Shown: positions 50,560-61,700 of the stretch, piece after piece
Layout of the letters: every line of letters begins with the position of its first letter
Position numbering within the stretch: the first letter of the stretch is position 1
From: Calcarisporiella thermophila CBS 279.70
Taxonomy: Eukaryota > Fungi > Calcarisporiellomycota
Length of the DNA: 64,000 bases
NCBI RefSeq assembly: GCF_041956535.1
Contig: NW_027192193.1
Coordinates: 450,235 to 514,234, forward strand
Direction: 5' to 3'
Notes under the pieces: model-generated
What the model saw: the letters and a program-made list of their open reading frames with translations, nothing else
Told to the model about the DNA's origin: nothing
Database searches by the model: none
Translations under genes and position numbers: made by a program

Positions 50560-50946
50560 GCAGCACTAAGGCATTCTCCAACCCTTGTATATCAGTATAT
50601 CAATCTTATTTATATCTTTTCTTTTTGCGATTTCATTCTTCATATGGAATCAGATAACCCAAAATATATACAGTGTTACACCCCCCCCCCCACCTCCGAC
50701 CCTTTGCCCGTGGCTCATCCACTTTCTCCTGCTAATGCATCTCTAAATCTATTCCGAAAATTGGAGTGTTTATTACATTCTCGTTTGTTTCTTTTTACCA
50801 TTGACATATTAATCAATAAGAGGAAAATTACAGCTAGATTTTACCAAGTGTGAATACAAAAGTCTTAATAAAAGGAAAGGGCGTGTGTCAATCCACCAAG
50901 TTTAACAAAGCAAATACAGACCTCCTATTGCTCGAGTATACCATCA

Positions 50947-53015
50947 TTACCGAATCTTTGGATATAACATATCAGACGTCTTCCATCTTAGATATGCGAT
51001 ATTAATAGCGTGATAGACTCTATGGACCGTCATCTCAGCACGCCTTCTCCTGTAATCCTCTTCAGCCGTGGGCGATATAGGCGGGGTTATATCATCTTCC
51101 TCCTGGTCTGTGCCCTCAAATTCCGCCGCGATATTCTTTTGGGCGTCCTCCGGCACCTCTGCCTTTTTCTCCAACTCCATCACCTGCTCGTCTTTAATCC
51201 GCAGTCCCTTCATATTCCGAACTAGCTGTTCAAATACCTGATTCTCTACCTGCTCAGGCTTTTCAGTAATGAGTACTCGTACTCCTACAGGAAGATGGCC
51301 CGAGATCTGCTGCGGTGTTTCGGTTGAACGATTTTTCAGTCTCTCATCCATTGGGGCTGACGCTGAATGCCGAGGTGAGCAGTTATCTGAATATTTGAAA
51401 TCAGTATTCGCCGTTCGAATCGATTGGTATCGAACTTCATTCGTGCGTTCTCCCAGCTCTTTTCTCACCCCGGCTCTAACCTCTTCCTGTTCCTTCATAT
51501 CCTCTACATCCTCTCTATTCACCTCTTCCTCTCCTTCTCTATTTGCTTGCATTATTCGTCGCATCGGTTGTATATTATGGGACCATTCGTTCGATTTAAT
51601 CTGTGCGGGTTTGGAGGGAACCATCTGTTTTACTGAGGACTGCCCTCCGCCAAACATGGGCAATGTCTTTGGTAGTCCTTTTATTGAGCCGCATGCCCCC
51701 CCTTCCAGATGAAGGAAGTCCGTCGGTTCAACATCCTCCCAAGCTTGCGAGGGTATCAGCACGTTGTAATCTAGGGGAATGGTTGGGTCATGCATCGGCT
51801 CAACAGTGAGGTCAAAAATTGAGTTGGAACTCATCGTGCTAAGATTAGGGTAAAGGGACGTTTTGTCTTGGTTGTATAGGGGGTCCATGTTTCCTGTTTG
51901 CATGTCGATGCTTTTGGATAGATCGCAGAGCCACTGGTTGATATCTGCAAGTTCATCGTCATTGCGCACAATCCGTGAGACAAAGTCCGAGTCAAGACTA
52001 AAATTGGTCTCCAGTTTACTTAATTTGTCCGCCATATCTAATGAAAATAAAGCAATATGTGTTGATAAGTAAAAAAAAATAAGGAGGGGGGGGGGGATAT
52101 ATCCTGAATTATGTTGTTACCTTGGTTATATTCTGGTTTCAATTTTTTCGATTTTACAGCACCATTGACGAACTCCTCTATTAAATCTTGGATTTCTCCA
52201 TTGGTGTCTTGATCTATCTGATGATTTCTGCGCTTGCATCCTATTTCCGTGGACGGTTGCGGCATACTGTATAACTCATCAGAGAACTGGAACAGGGTTT
52301 CCTCGTAATTAGATTGGGATGGGAATAATATATATGAGTCCGATAACATCGATTGAGGAGAAAGAGCTATAAAACAACCCCGATGATTAGTGAAGGAAGC
52401 CAACGGGAAAGAAAAAGCCATTATAGAGTTACATTCTGGAGAAAAACTAAGTGGGGACAGTTCGGCCTGCTCAGGTGTTAGTGTATTTTTAGTAATAATG
52501 AATGAGGAGGGTTCAGAGCCACCGGGGTATGAAGGGGGGGTGGGCAGGCGAGTTGGGTTTTTAGAAGAATCCGGGAGGCTGCAACCGTTTTTTGCCAAAC
52601 AGACCTTCCATTTCTGATTTACTCGGAGGGTTTGTTGATGAGCCTCCGTGTGAATCCTCTCATGCTTCCGTAAGTCCTGAGAGCGCTTGAAAGGCTTGCC
52701 GCATACCTGTGTAGAAACAAGTCAGTTATGTTTACAAAGTAATTAATTCGGTTAAAAGAGGCTCACATTGCAGGCGTGGGGTTTGAGTGGAACATGAACA
52801 CGTAAATGGCTTGTCATATGATCTCGCTTTGTCGTTTTCACGCCACATGAATCCCACTGGCATTCTAGACAAAGATTGCCCATGGACTTGCGACCAACAT
52901 GATGCTCACAGATATGAATGTAGAGAAGTTCAGCGTCATCAAATTTCTTATCACAATTCTTCCAACAGCAAGAAAGGATCGAGGCGAGATTGTAATCCGA
53001 ACTCGAGGCATCCAT
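50947..53015 (-). CDS. pacC: PacC/Rim101 pH-response transcription factor, 3 exons
   Basis: Three fingers: C.W..C..F..AELLY.H.CE.HVGRKS.GNL.L.C.W..C...[18 protein letters not shown].|[19 protein letters not shown]; YPNL and C-terminal YPKI motifs. Confidence 0.95.
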
Positions 53016-53150
53016 ACTTAATTAAAATCTCGATCGATATTTCTTCTACGTGAATAATAACCTTGAATGCAGAAGCATTACTTTAGCAATGGCAGTCAAA
53101 GCCGCGCGATGCAATTATATTGTATATTTATTTTAGACTTAGCGTTTCTT

Positions 53151-53230
53151 CTTGGCATAGAAAAAATTTCACTCGGAAAGAAGATTGCCAAGAAAATTTC
53201 ATTGTAATAAGAAGAAAAGAAAATGCCAAG
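53151..53230. promoter_or_regulatory. Cluster of three PacC consensus sites (GCCAAG) upstream of pacC
   Basis: CTTGGC 53151-53156, GCCAAG 53187-53192, GCCAAG 53225-53230. Confidence 0.75.
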
Positions 53231-54226
53231 GTTGACTGGCTATATTTCAACCTCCGCGTAGATCAAGCAATAACGTTATTAGTTTAGTTCCATGTTAGTC
53301 ACTTACCAGATTTTCTGAAACTTATCTTCGCTAATTAAGTGTATGGTACCATTAATCAGGGCAGGATGACACCAAAGCATACCCTATCTTGCTAGATAGT
53401 TCAGAAATACGCAATGAGATAACAATTGAGTTCTTTTCCGATGTACAATAATCGTGCCAGTATTTTAGCAGTTCAAAGTTCAAGCTAGTGCTAGCCTACT
53501 TTTTAATTGGCTTTCTCAACAGACAATCATTGGATGATGCTGCTAAAAAGGAATTGAATTCGAAAAAAGTTGAGGTGTGTGCATCGGAAATTGGATTTAC
53601 ACAAAATAAGCCTTAAGCGGGAAGTGTTCAAATGTAAGCCCTAGTTTTTCTTTCATCCAATTTACTCTCAAGCAAAGTAGGGAGACCTAGTGTTTCGATG
53701 GGATACATTATGGAGACAGATGTGTCTGCTCAAGAATTTCTGCCGCGTATGCAAGCTGATCTATCATAAGAGATAAAATATATAAAATTGGATATAATCG
53801 CCGTCAATGTACCGATGCACCAAGGACTGTACTTGGCAATCTTCACTATGAATCATCTTATCCCAGTTTGGAGGCAACCTATCATCCCACGTATGCCTTA
53901 AAAATACTAGATCTTAAACGTTTATTTTCATACTCAAGTAACTATCTGGGGCAAGGATTACACGCTGGATTAAAAACGCTTGAGATTTCATTAATTAAAA
54001 GGTTTTGGGTTCCAATCTCTGCGTATGAAATTACCAGCTAAAGCCATTTTTAGACGATTTGTTTTCAGCGTATTAAGTAGCAGAGGTGAACAAAATTTTA
54101 TTTCTGTTATGACTAATACGAGAGGAGGAGCATTGCCTATACAGGATCATGGATGAGCATTATCACGTAGAAATAGAAAAGAAAGCTGATATCATTTGCT
54201 ATGAGTGACCCTCCCAAGAATGACTA

Positions 54227-54968
54227 TCAAACATATCGGTGGTGACGTTGTCGCCACCAAGGGCGATTGGGTCGCCACCACCAAGGGTGATAAGGTCGCC
54301 TCCAAGACCTATGTCGGTGATACCTCCACCATGGACCCATTCTATCAGTAGATTCCTCCTCTTCGGGCATGTATAGCTCTCCTTCATACCCAAATTGTCG
54401 CTTGTCCAATGGCTTAGCAAGAGCACCAGCAGCTTCTTCCTCTTCAACACCGGCTTTTCTTACTTCCTCTAAGCCGGGAAGCTTCACCCCTTCCTTCTTA
54501 CCGACCTCAGGCGTTTTTAGGCCTTTGGTCACTCCACTAACTTTCTTTGCGCTCTTTGGTATTCCACCAATTTTCTTCATGCCTTTAGGCACTCCACCCG
54601 CCTTCGGTGCAGATTCGCTTGCGTACTCTACAATCGGGCCATGGATAAATGTGACTCCTCCTTTGGAGGGCTGGAAGGATTCAACCAGAGATCCTTCCCG
54701 AAATCCTGAAGGAACGGTAATTGGATAATTCGCTTCAATTGGCAGGAATAGCCCAAACCCCTGTTAATAAAATAAAAAATGGTGTACATAGGATAGACAA
54801 TGTCAGTAGCAGAAAGAGAAATGTGCCTCGAATGACGTGCGATGTCTCTACTTTGAAGGTTTTTAACTGTTCGGTACTTGGAAGAAGTTTCGGTTCCGCG
54901 CCCAATTCTATAGGCAAAGAGGTGACGCAGGAAACAAAGGCTAGGGTGATGAAAACGGCTGACTTCAT
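54227..54968 (-). CDS. Secreted prepro-protein with Kex2 site and C-terminal Trp/Arg/His-rich peptide, 2 exons
   Basis: Signal peptide MKSAVFITLAFVSCVTS-LP; intron with TACTGAC branch-like site and AACAG acceptor near 54761 (phase-0 donor ambiguous); exon 2 open to LDKR-QFG...WWRQRHHRYV*. Confidence 0.78.
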
Positions 54969-55813
54969 GATTTCCTGTTTTATTTCAAGTAAAGAAGGGC
55001 TTGCAGTGGAAGGTTGCGAAAAAAAATGAATAGAAAATGGTAGCGAGATAATGAATAACAATTAGAGGGGCATATTTATTACATTCGATTTTAGACCTCT
55101 TCATTAATATATGCTCTCCGTGACAAGCTAAAGCCTGCTTAATATGGATAAGCCTATTGTGAACTTCATTATAGTAGCCTCCTTCTTTACATGCTTTTTC
55201 AAATCAAGGAGATGAGGATGAGATGCAGTCTATTTAATTATTCTCGTGATGTTGAGTGCCTCCACAATGTAACCGGAGCCTGGATTTTGCAAATAAACTA
55301 CGGTTTTCTTAAAGGGTTTGTTTGCGCTTGCTACTACATTTTCCTAGTGTGTAAACCTTATTACGTATATTTTTTTTTTTTATTCGTAAAAAATAAACTG
55401 ATCTCCACATGAATATAGAGGAAAATATAATTCAATCTTTAGTCAAGTAAAATCACACTCTATATCATGCTACACTTTTTCCGCAATCAGCTTGACATTT
55501 CAATTTGCTACTCAAATAACAGGTCAACAATACAGAAGCTTCACAGTTTGCTAAATTTATCACTAATATTCACTTCAAGGCCTACACAAACAAGGTCGTA
55601 ATTTACAATGTTAATAGCTCTTCAAGGTTGTAATTTAAGGATGTAGGTAGAGCGAGAGAGACGCCAATAAATAAATGCAATACACTCAATTAATATAAGA
55701 GAGCAGCAGATATCTTGTAAAATATATGTAGTTTTGTAATAAAGGTTGGTACGTATATAGTTGGTACAGCAAGAAATGGTGAGTATTACGGCAGCTTTTC
55801 CATCCTTATTATA

Positions 55814-57918
55814 CTAATATCGCTTCTTGAACTTGAGCTTGATTCCCACAGGCCTCACCAACAAACTTCTTCCATAGCACAAGTCTTTTTCATCCTGTGC
55901 CAAACTTTCTGGTGCCAAAGTCCACTCATATTTGTGCACTATAGGATGATATTGAAAATATAATCAGCCAACTCCTTTAATCATTTCATCTTTGATAATT
56001 TAATAGAAAATGTGAAAACACTTACACAGCATCGAGAGTACAACCCGCTGTTCCACGAGTGACATACTCATCCCTAGGCAGAAACGAGAGCCGGTCGAAA
56101 ATGGAATGTAATGCATCGAATCCAGCTCTCTTCTCTTTTTCTCGTCTATTTCATTGAATCGCTCAGGCCTGAATTCATCCGCATCCTTGCCCCAAAATTC
56201 AATATCATGGTGGACATTCAAGACATCCAATTCTAAACTCGTGCCGGCCGGGATTATATATTCTCCCAGCTGTTGATCTGAGGTTGTACGGCGAGCACCT
56301 ATTCTGACCACAGGAGGAAAGTGCCGCATCGACTCACGCATCACAAGATTAAGATAGGAGAATTGCTTCTGTTGCTCAAATGTGGGGATAACACGTTGCG
56401 GTGAGTCGCCTAGAACGGAATATACTTCATCGCGGGCTTTGGCTTGGCATTCCTAAAAAGAATAGCAAATGATATTAACACTTTAATTCTGACCGGGCTA
56501 GAAAATTCGCCAATTACCGGATGTTTAGCCATGAAATAAGTAGCCGAAATGAGAGCGGAGGCAGTTGTATCATGCTTTCAAAGGATAAGATATGGATGAG
56601 CATCTTCAACATGTACTGAGCCGATTGCTCAATTAAACTTGATTCATGCTTACTCCCGCAATGAAAAACAAGACTAAATTGTCTCTCAATTCTTTATCAG
56701 TAAGGGTCGTTTCTCCTAATTCGTTGCTATTGGCAAGCAGCATCAGCGTCAACAGATCAGCCTTTTCTGGAACTATCTCTTGCTTCTTCTCTCTAATTTC
56801 CTGGCGCTTTTGGGCTATAATGTTGGAGAGCAACTGGTGAAACTCCTCGACTTTTTGGTGAGCGATCCGCCGCTGACCGAATGGGTATTTGTCGAGTATT
56901 GGGAGGAAAAAGTAAATTGGATGGCCCACCTCTAAATACACACATTAAAATATATTTATGTACATATACGATCCATTGTTATAGGTCAACCTACTCATAA
57001 TCTTCTCATAGTTCACCACTATTTCTGAATCAGGATTCTTTACAGCATCAAAATTGTAATTGAACAAGGCCTTTCCCAGAATATCTAGAGTTAACCTAAA
57101 ATTGAAAAAGAGAAAATTTAGACAAGCTCGCTTAGTTCGTCAAGAAATGAAATACCCTTGAAAAGCCTTTGCAGAATCGAAACAATCAAGATTTTTCTCA
57201 ATCACTTGATCGAGCACTTCTACGCATCCCCCAAATACTTGAGTATCCCAGCTGCGATGGAATGCAGGATTTACAACTGAAAATGGGGGTTAGCAAAAGA
57301 AAGATGGAACCAAGTTTGTAAGTAAGAGGTGTAATACCTTTGCGATATCGGCGCCAGGTCTAGCATTTAAATAAAAGATTGAACATAAATTCCCATTAAA
57401 ATCAGAATAAGCTTGGATTCAACACTCACCTCTCCGTTGACCATCACAATATTAGTACCAGCAAATTTGGAAAAGAGGTGATGTTTCAGTCGATTGTCCT
57501 GAGAAAAATCTCTCTTGGGAAAATTATCAGCGCGGTGGAGGACTTCTTTCACCAGCTTTGGGTCAGTAACCCGCACTATCTTTCGCCCCATAACTGTGTA
57601 CTATAGAGAGATATGCATGATGTGGGCAATACTTCTCCTTTGCTAGGCTTATATCAAGATATATCTTACTCGGAGAACGCCGGTGTTTTTTGCTCGTTTT
57701 CGGGCGGTATGTATTGACTCTTTTAGGTTGATGGGTTTGAAGCTGAGCATTCCGCGAACAATATCCCATGTCGGTAGACGTGGGATGCGGTAGAACTCAG
57801 GTGGGGCAGGGTTTGGGTCACGTATGAAGAAATAGTATATCAAGCCTACGACAAAGGCTCCCCAAAACATTGGGTTCTCAAAGGTAAAGTTGTTGACATT
57901 CAAGTATTGTAAAGTCAT
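55814..57918 (-). CDS. Cytochrome P450 (CYP509-like by general resemblance), multi-exon
   Basis: N-terminal TM; I-helix FFIAG|HDTT, ESMR (ExxR), FRPERF, heme motif FSTGSRFCLG. Confidence 0.93.
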
Positions 57919-58758
57919 TTTGGACGTAGTGATAATGCAGTTGTTTACCAGTTCTTGTCATAGGGTTACTTATAATTTTTTTTTCTCTGCCAAGTAGCGG
58001 GAATTGAGTAATACATCCCGCGGAATCGCACTCCCGAACCCCCAAATGCACCAGAGCACTTTTTAGGGAATATCCATGTGAGGAGGCGCTCTGGGGCATC
58101 TTCATATACTGTTTTTTAGTGTGCGAAATTTTGTCGGCCAACCATCACCTTCGCTTGTGTCTCACTATACCTTTTTAAGATCACCCATATGTCACATTTC
58201 GTCATAATTCTCCGATGCCCACGATGGTGATTGCGGGGGTATTATTATTAGAATCTTACCTAACCTAAGATGACTACAAGTAACTCTATACGTGAGTTGC
58301 CGGCAAAGCCATTGTAGTCATACCATGGATTTCAGATCGAAAAATCGCTTGATTCAAGCTTGCCACAAACCACATCCATCCGGTAAAGTAGGATAAATTC
58401 CCATATGCGCTTACATTCACTTAACTGGTGAAACTTATAAAATGGTATCTGAGATAGCACAAGTCTATCGATCATCGGAGAATCAACAGTTAAGCGGTTT
58501 AAAATTAATATACCCATTAAAAAATAAAAAAATACATCAGTGAAAAAAAAAGATAAATACTAATCCGTACAGTTGTAAGTTAAAAAAAATAAAGCAAGTA
58601 AAAGTGGAATAGGGGAAGAATGAAGCAAATTGAAAAAAAAAAATAGAAAAAACAAAAAAAATGGTATGAATATTTTAAAGAAAAATCAACAGAAAAGAGC
58701 ATGCAGATATGTATGTGCATAGGAGAGAAAAGAATTAGTTGGAAAACACAGAAAAGGG

Positions 58759-61700
58759 TCAGTAGCGCCATATATTTCTATCCGTGTCATTGCCTCTGCC
58801 AGGACCTCCACCTTGTCTATGGCTCTGCCATCGTTGCGGGTGTTGAGAAGTATTTTGCGGAGAGGATCCAGACCCAAACTCTCTTCTAAAATTCATCATC
58901 CCCTCCCTTGCCATGGGTATCATATTCATCCCAGCAGGCTGAAAATGTGGTCGAGGAATAAAGGGCTGTTGCTGAGGGATCTGCTGCTGCATGTGAGGAC
59001 GATATGCTGCATGAGGAGAGTGAAAGGGAATCCCGCTCATTGGCATTCCTCCGTAAAACATTGCTTCATTTCCGTTGCCACTCCCAGTATTGGCTCCATT
59101 GCTCTCATAGAAGCCAGGTGGCGGCATGCCACCATAGCTTGGATCCTCCAAACGTGGCTCGAAATCATTTGGCTTTGGTGGCATAAAATGCATCCCCATC
59201 ATTACCATAGTATCCATATCCATTCCCCAGGTTCCACCTGCACCTCCTTCGCCCGTATTATCGTAGGGCCATCCTCCAGCAAGTTGAGGTGGTGCTTGCT
59301 GGGGAATAGAATGAGGTGGAATCATGTTGTGGATAGGTGGCATTCCTCGGGGGCTAGGAGAGATATTGGACATGTTCACAACACCTAGTCCAACTCTTCT
59401 TCCAGAGGGGGGAGACATAGTAGGCGGAGGTGAAACTGCCGTTGCATTCATTCCTTTGATGTCTCCAGTGTCTACCCCGCTCCCGGTACCAGAGGAAGAG
59501 GGAGACGGCGCTGCTCGGAGAAAATCATCCACATGCACCGAGGGGGGACGACTTGTATTCGCCTTTCTGTTGTTATGAATACTACGGAACTCGTTCTTAG
59601 TGTAAGTCTTTCCTCCTCCCAAATTCTTTCCCGGTAAAGCAGGTTTGAGGGCTCGTTCGCGCAATGCCCGACTTGCCTGCGCAGCAGCATCATCCAGTTC
59701 CCTAAGGTGTTTTTCAGTGGAAAATAATGGAAGAAATTCCCTGGCGTAAGAATTGAAATCACTATTGACTCCGCAGGCAACCTGCTCAATTTCAGTATTG
59801 AATAAGCCGGTGGGATCCTTTGTCCAAGCTGAATCGTGATCGTTATTATCTTCCATGGCAAGTGATTCTGAGAGGGGTTCTAAGCAAGCATAAAGAAAAA
59901 AAATTACCAAAAAAGTTTCAATATAATGAGTTGAGCTTTTTTTATATAAACATACCATCTGCGGTATCAGTGTGTGTGTTCAGCTCCTGCCATCGCCTGT
60001 ATAAGATGCGGTATTGCTCATCATAATTAATTTCGCTCGGAATTTTCCGCGACAAATCATCCAAAATTTTATAAAACCATTCCAGAATATCGGCATCTTC
60101 AAATTGATACTGCTTAAGCACGGTTTCGGTTGTGGCTTTCCATTGATTAATCAGATTAAATGCTCCTTCTCGGTCTATTAGCGTTAATAGTGCATCGGAG
60201 GGTTCATTGATATCTCCCCCCGGAAGCGTGGACGACCAAGCACGATTCATGAGCAGAAGTTTAATTAAGATAAGACCATGTTTCGTGTTTCTGCTCGCTT
60301 CAGGGTTTACTTCAATCTCTTGCATTTTTTGAGTGGTCCAAATAATAAGCGACAACAGGGCTAGGGGCATTCGAGCGTTAGAAAGCATGGCAGTAAGGCC
60401 AACCATGTTCCTAGAGGATCTCAACAAAATTAGGATGGCATGGCGATGTAGTGAAGCGTGAGGAGAGAGCAACCAATCGATGCCCTGGTCAGAGATCTTA
60501 TGCAAAACTCTTTGTGTAAATACACCTAGCTGCTCACTGGACTCGTATATAAGATGAAACCTTGACAAAAGACGAGATAACAACTTGTGCGCTAATGCAC
60601 TTGCAATTCCATTGTCTTGCACCAGCTCGATTATGGTAAGCAATATATCCACGAGCCCTGTTTTTATTAAACCGCTTTCTCCAACAGATTCAATAGGGAG
60701 CATGAAATTTGCAATCGATGACAATCCATCGCTCGATAACGTTGTACACATTAACAACCTTAGCTGGCGCCCAACTATCATAGCAGCATTCATTGTCTTT
60801 GCAAACTGAGCTTCCTCCTCGCTCCTGTCAGTGCGATTGGCCAAGGGGAATAGAGCATTGCATACGTGTAAATTCTTGGTGGAAGAATCCAGCTCATTAA
60901 TTAATGCTGATTGGAGCATAGAAATTAGACCAGTGGTGCCTTCGAATTCCAGAGAGACAATGCGTTCTAAGAAATTGTAAAGGGCATCGTGCAAGGAGAA
61001 GGACCCTGAGGCTGAGTAAAAGCTCACCAAGCGAGCTATATCACCAATTACGGGGAGAAGTTGTTGTGACCAGTACTTTCGGAGTGTCTGGGTCTCATGG
61101 CCTGGGCTGCCGCTTTCCACTGGGAGTTGCGGTGGAGTAGGAAGGAGTTCTACAGCAACCTTTAGACACGTGAGAACATTCTCGGGTGCTTCCAGGGAAA
61201 ATTCAACAAGCTCGCGGAACACTTTCTCAGCTGAATAGCCGTCGAACACACGTCCAACCATTCGACCATTAGCGATGACGGTATCACTTGTGGCAGAGGA
61301 GACTGAGATTAGGATATTGTAAAGGAGGGGACGAATCCCATTAAGATCGTGAAACACCATTTCTTTTTTAACCCGATCCAATGCACAGAGCAACCGCAGC
61401 AATGAGCGAGTCAAGAGCGAGGCTAGTGAATGTTTAGTAAAGGGTCGCAAGCTGTCTGCGGTATTATTCAGAGAGACATCGCGCTGATAGGAGGACATGT
61501 CGACATAGGCGTATTCTATCACAGCCTTGATTAGGCAGAGGTCCCACCAAGCCAGATCCATCAACTCTGTACGGAGATCTACGTCATCTGGAAGTACAGG
61601 GACAGCATGAAATCGAACAGCTTTTGGTATGACGTTGGATTTGTCTACAGATTTTTGCGATTCTAGAGTGGTATCACTATGATTACTTGGGGCATTAGGT

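Noticed and set aside
58145-58235. Three ATCACC motifs upstream of the P450 (SREBP-like)
   Set aside because: Only partial matches to the sterol response element; cannot be supported from sequence alone.
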